A DNA stretch of 64,000 nucleotides, taken from Candidatus Bilamarchaeaceae archaeon (lineage in GTDB: Archaea > Micrarchaeota > Micrarchaeia > Anstonellales > Bilamarchaeaceae). Each line of letters begins with the position of its first letter. Position 1 is the first letter of the stretch. The DNA lies in NCBI GenBank assembly GCA_038870635.1, contig JAVZJR010000003.1:1-64000 (forward strand). The letters are read 5' to 3'. Both the position numbers and the translations under genes were made by a program. The notes under the pieces were generated by a model. It did not search any database and had not been told where the DNA came from. It was given only the letters and a program-made list of their open reading frames with translations. Shown here in pieces: positions 20,695 through 30,709 of the stretch.

Positions 20695-23600
20695 ATGAAA
20701 TATAAGTTTAATTTATTAACTACGAAAGATTTAAATAAACTAAACAATACTAATTATAAGTCGAGATGTTTCTCGATAAAGTATCCGCGGCTCTCAAAAG
20801 CAATTGCTGCTGGATTAGGTTTATGGTTAATGTTAGAGGGTGTTATTATGCCTATAGGCGGTGGTGTTTATGGAAAATTTGGAAAAGAGGTTTATGCGCA
20901 AACTCCAAAGAAAGTTGACCCATACGACGAATTAATTGAATCGTTGAACCAAATAATAAAGGAAAATGAAAAAATAAGTAAAGAATTGAAAGAAGGGACG
21001 GCGATACCACTTTACTTAAACAGTAAAAATGGGAAAAATATATTAACTAGATTAGAAAAAGCCGGTTTTGAAGTAAAAGACGGTAAAGTATTATACAAAG
21101 GAAAAGAAGTATATACATTATCTAAGGACAAGAAAGGACGCTATTATATAGGGGATATTAATGAGTTTACAAATGAAATTGTAGTCATATATAATAAAGA
21201 ACAAGCAAACATGGCAATTGAAAACATAGAAAAAGAAGAAAAAAATAAGCCTACTGCTGTAGCTGTAACTCCTGTTAAAGAAAAATCACAAATAGAAAAA
21301 TCACAAATACGTGAAAAAACGGCAGAAGAGAAAGAAAGTATAAATAAAATAAACAAGTATTGGAGCACCGTTTTAGGCAATTGGGTTGCATACTACTACC
21401 AGACAACTAATAGAATAAAAGAAGAAATAAAAAAAGAAATAGGATATTTAAAAGCGCAGAAAAGTGAAAAAAAACTTAGTAAAAAAGAAATAGAAGAACT
21501 CAATAATAAAATAAATAAACTTGAAGAGAAACTTACAAAAATCGATGATGATTACATAAAATTGAAGAAAGAAATTGAACAAAAAAAGAAAGAAGGATAT
21601 TATACTGAAGAAGACATAAACAAACTAGCAAACATTCTATTAAAAGATTCTCCTCAATTAGAAGAATTTAATAAGTTGGCTTACCCTGAAAAACTCTCAT
21701 TCCTAGAACAACATCTCTTTTATGTGTTACATCTTCAAAGTGAAGCAATTAATTCCTACTTAAAACAAGTAGACACACCTACAAAAGATCTTTTATATGT
21801 TTTAGATATTATAAATAAACAAGAACTAGAAGGTTATTCATTAAACAATATTTTAGGAATACGTCTGCTTTTAGCTGCAATTAATGATAGAGATCTAGAG
21901 AGAAATATATCCAATGCCAAAGAGTACTACGACCAACATAAAGATAAAGGAGAAAAGTACAGAAATATAGCTGAAATAGAAAAAACCCGATTAGAAGGAA
22001 TAAAAGGACTTATAAAAGAAAATGAACTCTACAACAAAGCATTAGAGATTACAAAAAACACTTTCGGTGAAAATAGCGAATTTTATAAAAATGCGAACAG
22101 TAAGTTGGTTGGCGATAAAAAAATAATAGCATACACACTCTTGTCAATTTGTGAATTAAAGAATCTCAATGATTTGAAAAAAAATACACAAGGATTTCGC
22201 TTGGAATTGGCAATTGAACATTTCAACAAGCTCTTTATACCAAGCATGAAAAGCGAGCAGATAAAGAGATTTGAAATGGCGGGGTATGATATGAAAGAAG
22301 ATCCTTTATTATTTAATCCTTATGCTGCTCTAGTAATAGCAAATGTTGGTATAGCGCAAATAATGGGAGGATCAAGATATATTGATTTAGTAGCTTACTT
22401 AAATCGCCATGACCAAATACAAGATGTGCATGCAGTGATAACTTACATATTGGAGAAAGGAGGCATTGCGTACCCATTCATATATCAAAATCCTATACTT
22501 ACAAATGACGATGTGGGTGTTACATTTCTTACAAAAATAATAGATGAGAATAATGAAAAGTTTAATAAATATGTTGGGGGAATAGACCAATCTTTTTACC
22601 CAAATCTCATAACAGATAATAAGAATAGGCAACACAATCCTTACATAGGGTCACCCATCGAAATTATTGAAAGCTACTCACCAAATTATATAAAAAGGAA
22701 AATATTTCCCCAATTTTTAACCCATCGAAATAATGATAGATATGAAGTAGAGTACAAGAGGTTCAATAATAGACAAAACTACCCTGATGAAAGAAAAAAA
22801 GAAGACATACTATCACTACTAACACCTACTGAACAACTTTTAGCATTTGAAGCACCGCAGTCAATATTAGCTCCTCCACCCACAAAAATACCACCGTCAA
22901 CAACAGCAAGATTCGAAAGATTATATGTACTCCCAACGCAATTTGAAATGAAAATTGGCGAAAGTGGATTTTATTATAATGGTGTACCGTCTCCGAGCGC
23001 AATACAAAAAGTTGGGGAAGAAGGCGCAGAGGCGTTAATTAGGGCATTGGTATATGGTTTAAATGTAAAAGAGACGGGCGATGTTAAAAATGCCGCAGAT
23101 AATATAATAAATGAACTTAACAAATGGCAACCAAAAAGTGATGAGGAAAAAAAAATTAAGGATGATATAATAACACAACTTCAAAACGCAAAAACGCCGG
23201 AAGAATTAAGAGCAGCCATAATCAAACTCCAACAAAAAGAACTCGGCATAGATTTTTTAAGTTCTATTTGCTCTTATCAGTGGGAGGGAAATACACTCCG
23301 TATAAGAAATTTGTATGGATTTGAAGTCAACATTAATATGAATGTAACTAAGGAAGAGATAAAAAAAGAATTAGGTGAAAAATATATAAATTTAATAAGT
23401 ATTCCAGCAGGATTAGCAGGAAGGATTGGTTTAGCCTATTCACAAATAGCCGGTACTTTAATTGAAGAAAAACTTATTGATTTTAATGAAAAGAACGAAC
23501 CTGTTTTTGAACCGACTGGCAAAACAAAAAGAGCGATTATGAGTGAATGGGAGGTATATTTAAATGGTATATATAATTTCTTAGCATTCAAAGCGCCAGC

Positions 23601-24159
23601 TGTCTTGGGTGGGGTTGGATTGGTTCAAGTAAATGTAGATATTAATCTTGACAAACAATCGTTAGAAAGAACAATATCTGATAATAAGTTTGATTTTGAT
23701 AACTGGTTATTCTCTAGTAATATAAGTGTTTCTATTGATTTTCCATTTGGTGAAGGTTTCTTCATAAGAAGATTAGAATTAGGTTATCTCAATCCAATAT
23801 TTATAACACAAGAAGGAAAAATGCAACTAACAGAGAATCCATTCGGAAGCATAACATTCGGATATAAAGAAAAGTTAGGAAATATACCTCTTGAAATTTA
23901 TGTTACTCCAACCTATCTAATTAATACAAAGGAACTTATACTATCTTCCCTCATACGAGCACTAATTCCTGTTGGTAAAAACTGGGGGATTATACCCACT
24001 TTGGGATCGAGCTATGATTTTAGAGATGGTCGTCTAAATGCTAATTTTGAACTACCTTTACAATGGGGGATATTTAAGTTGGGACCGTCGGTAGGAATAG
24101 AATATAAAGGCGAAAACATTAATTTCAATATATTAATAAAAGGTGAGGTTAATTTTTAG
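20695..24159 (+). CDS. 1154-aa exported orphan: helical N-terminal part, putative C-terminal beta-barrel
   Basis: Signal-like segment ending VYA|Q; K/E-rich helices; amphipathic beta strands; ends INFNILIKGEVNF. Confidence 0.8.
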   Translation: MKYKFNLLTTKDLNKLNNTNYKSRCFSIKYPRLSKAIAAGLGLWLMLEGVIMPIGGGVYGKFGKEVYAQTPKKVDPYDELIESLNQIIKENEKISKELKEGTAIPLYLNSKNGKNILTRLEKAGFEVKDGKVLYKGKEVYTLSKDKKGRYYIGDINEFTNEIVVIYNKEQANMAIENIEKEEKNKPTAVAVTPVKEKSQIEKSQIREKTAEEKESINKINKYWSTVLGNWVAYYYQTTNRIKEEIKKEIGYLKAQKSEKKLSKKEIEELNNKINKLEEKLTKIDDDYIKLKKEIEQKKKEGYYTEEDINKLANILLKDSPQLEEFNKLAYPEKLSFLEQHLFYVLHLQSEAINSYLKQVDTPTKDLLYVLDIINKQELEGYSLNNILGIRLLLAAINDRDLERNISNAKEYYDQHKDKGEKYRNIAEIEKTRLEGIKGLIKENELYNKALEITKNTFGENSEFYKNANSKLVGDKKIIAYTLLSICELKNLNDLKKNTQGFRLELAIEHFNKLFIPSMKSEQIKRFEMAGYDMKEDPLLFNPYAALVIANVGIAQIMGGSRYIDLVAYLNRHDQIQDVHAVITYILEKGGIAYPFIYQNPILTNDDVGVTFLTKIIDENNEKFNKYVGGIDQSFYPNLITDNKNRQHNPYIGSPIEIIESYSPNYIKRKIFPQFLTHRNNDRYEVEYKRFNNRQNYPDERKKEDILSLLTPTEQLLAFEAPQSILAPPPTKIPPSTTARFERLYVLPTQFEMKIGESGFYYNGVPSPSAIQKVGEEGAEALIRALVYGLNVKETGDVKNAADNIINELNKWQPKSDEEKKIKDDIITQLQNAKTPEELRAAIIKLQQKELGIDFLSSICSYQWEGNTLRIRNLYGFEVNINMNVTKEEIKKELGEKYINLISIPAGLAGRIGLAYSQIAGTLIEEKLIDFNEKNEPVFEPTGKTKRAIMSEWEVYLNGIYNFLAFKAPAVLGGVGLVQVNVDINLDKQSLERTISDNKFDFDNWLFSSNISVSIDFPFGEGFFIRRLELGYLNPIFITQEGKMQLTENPFGSITFGYKEKLGNIPLEIYVTPTYLINTKELILSSLIRALIPVGKNWGIIPTLGSSYDFRDGRLNANFELPLQWGIFKLGPSVGIEYKGENINFNILIKGEVNF

Positions 24160-24169
24160 GTGAGCACGG

Positions 24170-25636
24170 ATGTTTGATGAAAAAGTTGAAAATGCATTAT
24201 GGGTTGTTGATGTAGCAAAAGGGAAGAAGAAACCAGCAACGCTTGAAGAGTGGTTAAAAGTTGTGATATATTCCACTAAAATACTGCGTTTGTACGACAT
24301 AAGCGGAAAACTAAATGGCTGGGCGAGATATGTTTTTGATAAGACAAACGCAACATTGGAAAATAAGGCAAAAATACTCTTGCGTACTATACGAAAAGAA
24401 GCACTTTCACAGATACTTTCCCATTCACCTGAAGAAATAAAAGCAATTAGAAACTCTCTTAAAGAAGAGTACATTTCAACAAGGGTCATAGACTTTGAAC
24501 CAGAGATAAGAGAAAACTTTTACACACTACTAAATATTTTCTTAAGCGATACTTCATTAAAATACTACAAACTTGCTCTTGCAAATCCTGCGCCGGTAAA
24601 TGTACTTATAAATGATATAGGATATATGTTAATAATAATAGACAATTATTACCTTCCTATAGAAACAATAAATGAATTTGAAAACGAAAATGACGCATAT
24701 GCTTTCTTCGCAAACTTTTTGATGCTCATCCTTTATGCAAAAGAGAAAAAAATATTTGAAGCAGATGTATTAATAAATGACAAAATAGCATCAAAATATG
24801 TAAAAGAATGTTATAGAATATTTTCAAAAAGCATAAAAGATGAGAAAAAATCAGGAATAGCAGAACTAATACGCTCTGGGAATATTTGGGATGCTGTTGG
24901 AGAATTGCAAACTTATGAATCCTTCTATTCAGCATTTAAACAAATGCATAACATAAATCTTGTTTCATTTGCGTACGGAGAGATAAAAATAACTTCTTTT
25001 GTAGCGGAAATAACACTGTCAGTTGATAAGTACGGACTTGAAAAAATGGCAGATATATTTGAGAAAAATAAAAATTCAACAAAAGGGTACTTTACTGGAA
25101 TTTTCTACTTAAACGCTGCGATACAAGATTATTTAATAGATAGAAGAGTTTACCTCTCAAGAGAACTCGACCCAATCCTCCCAGACGGAGTAGGTTGGGC
25201 ACTTCCCCTAAAAATAAAATTTGAGTGCACGGCAGATTGGAAAACCATCGTACCATTAAACAAACCTGCTTATCTTTTTGGTATAAAAAATGCGTATATT
25301 GAAACCATGGATAATAAATTTATTTCAGTAAGAAAAGCACCAGAAGATTTTGAAATAGACCCAGTAAATGGTAGCATAGCAAAAATAGAAGTTTACTCGA
25401 CAGAAGAAGAGAATGACTTATTTAAAGGGAATATTATGTTCATACCAGAATTTTTAGGATTGCTATCCAACCTTATGTTAAAAGGAAGAATAGATGAAAG
25501 CATAGTTAACACCCTAAATCTAAACCCAGCGTATAGGAAATTTAATTTTATATCAGAAAAAGGTAAAATTGGAATTGACGGGCATTTCACAGGATATATA
25601 ACTGCAGAAACAAAAACAGGAGGTTTGAAAAAATGA
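24170..25636 (+). CDS. Hypothetical protein (488 aa)
   Basis: AGGTGA RBS; long ORF coupled to next gene; no motif recognised. Confidence 0.8.
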   Translation: MFDEKVENALWVVDVAKGKKKPATLEEWLKVVIYSTKILRLYDISGKLNGWARYVFDKTNATLENKAKILLRTIRKEALSQILSHSPEEIKAIRNSLKEEYISTRVIDFEPEIRENFYTLLNIFLSDTSLKYYKLALANPAPVNVLINDIGYMLIIIDNYYLPIETINEFENENDAYAFFANFLMLILYAKEKKIFEADVLINDKIASKYVKECYRIFSKSIKDEKKSGIAELIRSGNIWDAVGELQTYESFYSAFKQMHNINLVSFAYGEIKITSFVAEITLSVDKYGLEKMADIFEKNKNSTKGYFTGIFYLNAAIQDYLIDRRVYLSRELDPILPDGVGWALPLKIKFECTADWKTIVPLNKPAYLFGIKNAYIETMDNKFISVRKAPEDFEIDPVNGSIAKIEVYSTEEENDLFKGNIMFIPEFLGLLSNLMLKGRIDESIVNTLNLNPAYRKFNFISEKGKIGIDGHFTGYITAETKTGGLKK

Positions 25637-28002
25637 AAAAAATAATATTTTTGTTTTTTTTGTTAACAGTATTTTTTGCTACTGAAAACTCTATTAGAAT
25701 TCATTACCACAGCCAATATGAAACATCAGATGTTATTACAAATCAGAAATTTGTCGCAGATTTAAAAGAATGCACAATAACTGGAAAGGTTATAGAAGGT
25801 GATCCATGCAAAGCAGGCATTTCAAAAGTATGTAAAAACACCGTTATTACATATACGCCTCGGATTGTTGGGTTGTGGGGAGATAACAACAACTATATTA
25901 CAACAACTTTGCCAAATTGTTTTTGCAAAGCACCAGCGGGCTCTGGTCTTCCAGATAGACCATCATACTGTGATCCAAACACAAAAACATGTTCATGTAC
26001 TGTGGAGGGGTATACTCTTTATTGTCCTGAGAATTACTTAGTTGATTACAACACTGATAATAGAGTACTAATTGCTTGGTTACCAGAAAGCATTTATAAT
26101 AAATATGATGTAGAGCATCATGGTTATGCTGAGCAAACAATTTGGTCAGGTTATGCAGCTGGAAAACAAATACTCCAACTTTATAAAGAACTTGGACCAA
26201 ATAATTATCACGCACAAACAATAGATAGATACGATGCAACTTTCACTACATATTATAACAAAAAAGGATATGCAGCAGTATTTTGCAAAGGAAAGTATGA
26301 AATGAAAGAAGGAAATAATATAATAAGAAGCGGAGAGATGCCAATCCAAGAAGGTCTACCCCAAAGAATTTTGATTTTAAACAATGTTGGGACAACAGCG
26401 ACATTTAGTTCAAAACTTTATGGTCTTGATTGTTTTGCTTCTGTTATAAGGCATCCAAAAGATGATGACTACCTTTATGGTTTTGAAATACAATTTAATG
26501 GTTATAAAGTACCACCAATTTCTAATGTAGAAGACATTCACCAAATTGAAGTTGTCGATATAAAATCATCTATGGAGATTATAAGCACAGAAGTAATAGC
26601 AAAAGATGGAAGCGGCAATTATTTACTTAAAACAATTGTAAAAAACACAGGTGATGTAAGAATAAAGATAAATGAAACAAAAGCAGATTATTTACCAAAT
26701 TCAGGAGCAACACCAATGGATAGACAACTATGTAATTTAATCTTCGGACCAAATCCACCAGCAGAATGCAATTATCCAAATGGATATAATTCATATTTTA
26801 ATCCTGGTGAAGAAAAAACGCTTTATACATTATACCTTTATCAAGGAGAATCCAAAGAACTCTGCGATGTTTCAATTATGAGATTAAGTTATACATCCGA
26901 CCAACCAACTTGCTCGCAATATGATAAATGGTGGGCAGCGGTTAATGGACCGTGTATAACCGAACCTATAAAATATCCGCCAAAATGCGAGGTAAAACCA
27001 AAAGAGAATACCATTAATCCTCTTGAGATTCACGAATGGACGGTTAGTTGTTTTGATGAGAATAATAAAGCAGTAGCGTGTGTAGGTAATAATTGGAGAT
27101 GGGAAGGAATAAAAGGTGATTTCGTAACAAAAACAAATGAAAAAGCATTAGCGTATTCAACTGCAACTAGTAAAGTAAGTGGTAAAATAGTTTATAGACA
27201 AGGTGAAATAAATTGCAGTGCAAATGTAACAGTTGATCCGCGCTCTCTTCCACAATTTGTTTGTATGCTTGAGCCATCATCTGCAGAAATGGTTGTTAAT
27301 GAAACTAAAAATTTTGACTTAAAATGTATATTTAGAGACGAAAGCGGCTCTTCAAAAGAAACAAAGCCTCAAAAAGCAGATTATGCAGCAGTCGAAGGGC
27401 TCATAGGAAAAGTCGAGCCATATCCACGCGATCCAACAAGTGGTGTAACCTTTAATGCAACTGACGTAAGCGCAGGAAAACTTAGAGGAATAGGTTATTA
27501 CACAACACCTTTGGACCCAACATTAAGAGGAGCGATTGCCTTTTCATCAATAAATGTTGGTGCTGGTGAATTACAATGCGGTGAAAACGAGACGCTGGTT
27601 TGCCACCTTGAAGAGATAGAACTTCCATTCGGAGGCAGTACATTTATAGTTATATGCGAATGTGTGCCAAAAGAAGATAACGAGGAAGAAGACAAGTCAA
27701 ATATGGAGTGCGTTATAAGCCCACCAAATCAAAGGATATCACCATTACAACCTGGATTAGCAACTGTGAGTTGCTATGATAAGCAAACTTGGAGCAGGGT
27801 AGAATGTGGCAGCGATATAACCTGGTCAATAAATGAGAACCTAGCGACATTCAAAGATAATACTTATGGAAAAACAAATGTTGTATTCAATGCAAAACCA
27901 GGCGCTACTGGCGAGGGGTTCTTAAACGCCAAAGTAGGCGATAATGTAAGATGCGAGGCCAAATTCCTCGTTTCTCCATACACATGCTTAGAAATCAGCT
28001 AA
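25633..28002 (+). CDS. Secreted Cys-rich protein with probable Ig-like modules
   Basis: Signal peptide MKKIIFLFFLLTVFFA; many Cys; VKNTGD motif; three C-x-(V/L/I)-x-P-started modules. Confidence 0.8.
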   Translation: MKKIIFLFFLLTVFFATENSIRIHYHSQYETSDVITNQKFVADLKECTITGKVIEGDPCKAGISKVCKNTVITYTPRIVGLWGDNNNYITTTLPNCFCKAPAGSGLPDRPSYCDPNTKTCSCTVEGYTLYCPENYLVDYNTDNRVLIAWLPESIYNKYDVEHHGYAEQTIWSGYAAGKQILQLYKELGPNNYHAQTIDRYDATFTTYYNKKGYAAVFCKGKYEMKEGNNIIRSGEMPIQEGLPQRILILNNVGTTATFSSKLYGLDCFASVIRHPKDDDYLYGFEIQFNGYKVPPISNVEDIHQIEVVDIKSSMEIISTEVIAKDGSGNYLLKTIVKNTGDVRIKINETKADYLPNSGATPMDRQLCNLIFGPNPPAECNYPNGYNSYFNPGEEKTLYTLYLYQGESKELCDVSIMRLSYTSDQPTCSQYDKWWAAVNGPCITEPIKYPPKCEVKPKENTINPLEIHEWTVSCFDENNKAVACVGNNWRWEGIKGDFVTKTNEKALAYSTATSKVSGKIVYRQGEINCSANVTVDPRSLPQFVCMLEPSSAEMVVNETKNFDLKCIFRDESGSSKETKPQKADYAAVEGLIGKVEPYPRDPTSGVTFNATDVSAGKLRGIGYYTTPLDPTLRGAIAFSSINVGAGELQCGENETLVCHLEEIELPFGGSTFIVICECVPKEDNEEEDKSNMECVISPPNQRISPLQPGLATVSCYDKQTWSRVECGSDITWSINENLATFKDNTYGKTNVVFNAKPGATGEGFLNAKVGDNVRCEAKFLVSPYTCLEIS

Positions 28003-28040
28003 CTCTTTTTTAATTTTTTAAAAAACATCATAGTTTGGGT

Positions 28041-28224
28041 GAGCGTAAGCCTTTGCCCTTGTAATACAGAAGTCAAAGGCTTCGTAAGAAGCCAAGAAAA
28101 CAGGAGAAAACATAAAACGGCTGCGGTGGCCGATGAAAACATAAGTCCACCGCACATAGAAAACAGAAAGTATAACAGAGAAAACAGTAAGAAGCCAAGA
28201 AAACAGTAAGAATACCTAAAAACG
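28041..28224. repeat. Structured dispersed non-coding element, copy 1
   Basis: Near-identical to 49231-49459; stems AAGCCTTTG/CAAAGGCTT and TGCGGTGG/CCACCGCA; six GAAAACA motifs. Confidence 0.9.
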
Positions 28225-28269
28225 AAAACTATTTATTTATAATTATTGTTATCTTAGCAGGGTGGTCTT

Positions 28270-29631
28270 GTGAGCTCAATAGATGATGTTTTGAAATATA
28301 TAGCAACAAATGAGATTAGATGGGTTGACTTCCAATTTTTTGGTTTAGATGGTAGTTTACACCGTACAACTGTTTCAAACAGAAAAATTGACGAAAGCAC
28401 GTTCGGAAAAGGACTACGAAGTGCAGATTTAAGAGAAGTCTTTGGTGAAACAAATGGCGAAATAACACTCTTGCCTGATCCTGATACAATGGCAAGACTT
28501 CCATGGGAACCCGCAACAATTAGATTAATTTCAGATATTATGGTGATGCCCGAGGGCGAAAAATATGTAAAGGATTCGAGGAGTATGGCTGATAGAATAG
28601 AAACAAACCTACAAGCAGCAGGTATAAAAGAAGCAAAAATAGGTGCAGAAGTAAATTGTTATATATTTGACACAGTAACACTGGAAAAGATGGATATAGG
28701 AAGAGGAACAGGTATAATCATGGATTCAAGAGAATCAAAATGGAGCCCATCACCATTAAGTTGTGAAAAAGGAGCATATATCAATCAACCTAACGATAGC
28801 TTATACGCTGCAAGATGCCAAATAGCAGAGACATTAGAGGATAATTTTGGTGTCTTGATAGACGGTCATTGGCATGGAAGCAGTCCAACAGGCCAGCAAA
28901 CATTTGAATTAGCAGAGACAAATATAAAAACAGCAGGAGATGCGTTTGCAACATTAAAATTTGTAACACGAAATCTTGCAACTGCTGTAAACGTATCGTC
29001 TACTTTCATGCCATACCCAGTAGAAGGTGAAAAAGGAAACAATTTATTTATATCAATTAGTCTATGGAAAACAAGTGATAATAACATCTTCTATGATGCA
29101 GAAGAAAAATACGCGCAAATAAGCCAAAACGCAAGATATTTTATTGGTGGCCTTCTTGAGCACACAAGGGCGTTAACGCTTTTCACCTGTCCAATTCCAA
29201 ACTCCTACAAAAGGTTAGCCGCAGCTAACTTTATAGCGGGTTGGAGCGCAATAAAAGGAAACACAATTGTATATGTGCCGCATGCAAAAAAGAACAGAAA
29301 AGAAACCAAGAGGATAGTATTTAAGCTTTCTGACCCGGCAGTAAATCCGTACCTTGCCTACGCAGCAGTTTTGTCTGCTGGTCTTGACGGAATAAAAAAC
29401 AAAATAGAGCCTGGTGAGCCAGCAGAAGAAGAAGGAAAAAAGAAAAAAGAAACCACTCTTCCATCCAATCTTTACGAAGCTGTAGAGGCGCTAGAAAGCG
29501 ATCCTAAATTTATAAAAGGCGTGGTAACACCAGAGTTCTTAGAAAGCTATTTAGAATTGAAACTCTCGCAGTATAAAGAAGACAGAACAGCAGTCAGCAT
29601 GGCAGACCACAGAAAGTATTATAACATCTAA
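28270..29631 (+). CDS. Glutamine synthetase type I homologue, probably catalytically inactive
   Basis: VDFQF, LLPDPDT..PW, TFMP.P, NSYKRL, DPAVNPYLA retained; metal and substrate ligands substituted. Confidence 0.85.
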   Translation: MSSIDDVLKYIATNEIRWVDFQFFGLDGSLHRTTVSNRKIDESTFGKGLRSADLREVFGETNGEITLLPDPDTMARLPWEPATIRLISDIMVMPEGEKYVKDSRSMADRIETNLQAAGIKEAKIGAEVNCYIFDTVTLEKMDIGRGTGIIMDSRESKWSPSPLSCEKGAYINQPNDSLYAARCQIAETLEDNFGVLIDGHWHGSSPTGQQTFELAETNIKTAGDAFATLKFVTRNLATAVNVSSTFMPYPVEGEKGNNLFISISLWKTSDNNIFYDAEEKYAQISQNARYFIGGLLEHTRALTLFTCPIPNSYKRLAAANFIAGWSAIKGNTIVYVPHAKKNRKETKRIVFKLSDPAVNPYLAYAAVLSAGLDGIKNKIEPGEPAEEEGKKKKETTLPSNLYEAVEALESDPKFIKGVVTPEFLESYLELKLSQYKEDRTAVSMADHRKYYNI

Positions 29632-29717
29632 TTCTTTCTTTTTTTATTTTAAACTTACCGCTCGTCAATTATCTAAGATGATATACATTTAAAAACACTT
29701 TTAATAACAATATAATT

Positions 29718-29933
29718 ATGGCAAATGTGAAACAAGATAACATTAAGGCTAAGGCATTACTGTTTGTATACAAAATTAACAACTCGCCATATTTTGAAAC
29801 TCCACTTAATGAAACAATTACAAACACTGAAGTAATAAAAAGAATAAACAAATTAAAAGAGGTTTGGGAAAAGCTTCCGGAAAGGGTAAAAATATATACC
29901 GTTATTAAAAGAAGTAAAAAAGACGAGTTGTAA
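29718..29933 (+). CDS. Small hypothetical protein
   Basis: 71-aa ORF downstream of TATA-like TTTAAAA. Confidence 0.45.
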   Translation: MANVKQDNIKAKALLFVYKINNSPYFETPLNETITNTEVIKRINKLKEVWEKLPERVKIYTVIKRSKKDEL

Positions 29934-29990
29934 GCATTTATAAACTTTCTCTTTTATTATTAAAACAACTATTTCTCCCGATGTGATTTT

Positions 29991-30629
29991 ATGGAAAACG
30001 AAGCAAATGAAAAAATGAAAATACAAGCTCGAAAAACAGGAACAACAACGGTGGGGTTAGTTTGTAAAGATGGTGTCGTTCTAGCATCAGATAGAAGAGC
30101 AACAATGGGCTATTATATAGCGAGTAAGGACATTGATAAAATCTACCCTATAAGCGATCATATCGCAATGACAATTGCAGGAAGTGTGGGCGACGCTCAA
30201 ACACTTGTTAGATGGATGAAATCAGAGTTAAAGATATACGAATTAAGGATGAACAAAAAACCTAGTGTAGAAGCCGCAGCAACTTTGCTTGCAAATATAT
30301 TAGCGCAATATAAATTCTATCCTTTCTTTGTACAATTATTAGTTGGTGGAATAGACGAACAGCCACGATTATTTAGTGTTGATATGCTCGGGGGAATAAC
30401 TGAAGAAAAAGTAACTGCTACTGGTAGCGGAACTACAATAGCGATAGGAGTGCTAGACAGTCTTTACACTGAAGGAAAAACAACTGAAGAAAATCTAAAA
30501 ATAGCCGCTAAAGCAGTGACTGCAGCCATGAAGAGGGATGCAGGAAGCGGTGAAAGAGTAGACCTTGTTGCAATAACAAAAGAAGGTTTCAAGAGAATAC
30601 CAAAAGATGAAATAAAGAAATACTTATAG
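29991..30629 (+). CDS. psmB: Proteasome beta subunit
   Basis: Propeptide then KTG|TTTVG, ASDRRAT, AGSVGDAQ, TGSG, RDAGSG. Confidence 0.97.
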   Translation: MENEANEKMKIQARKTGTTTVGLVCKDGVVLASDRRATMGYYIASKDIDKIYPISDHIAMTIAGSVGDAQTLVRWMKSELKIYELRMNKKPSVEAAATLLANILAQYKFYPFFVQLLVGGIDEQPRLFSVDMLGGITEEKVTATGSGTTIAIGVLDSLYTEGKTTEENLKIAAKAVTAAMKRDAGSGERVDLVAITKEGFKRIPKDEIKKYL

Positions 30630-30709
30630 AAAATATATTTTTATTTCATAACGCGCAGCTCACAAAAAGTGCTGCTTAAAACTCATTCAAATTAACGAGA
30701 GGTGTTTTT

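Noticed and set aside
21280..21309. 15-bp tandem duplication (EKSQI x2)
   Set aside because: Only two units in a linker; ordinary slippage
28121..28165. Hammerhead ribozyme (CCGATGA...GAAA)
   Set aside because: Core reads CCGATGA rather than CTGATGA and I could not build the three-stem junction; not excluded without cmscan
28084..28224. GAAAACA/GTAAGAA repeats as a CRISPR array
   Set aside because: Repeats are short and irregularly spaced, with no unique spacers of constant length and no cas genes in the window
28041..28224. The two copies as a DGR template/variable repeat pair
   Set aside because: Both are intergenic, differences are not adenine-specific and no reverse transcriptase is present
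30655..30676. Small hairpin between psmB and aCPSF1
   Set aside because: Short and bulged; no independent support for a regulatory role
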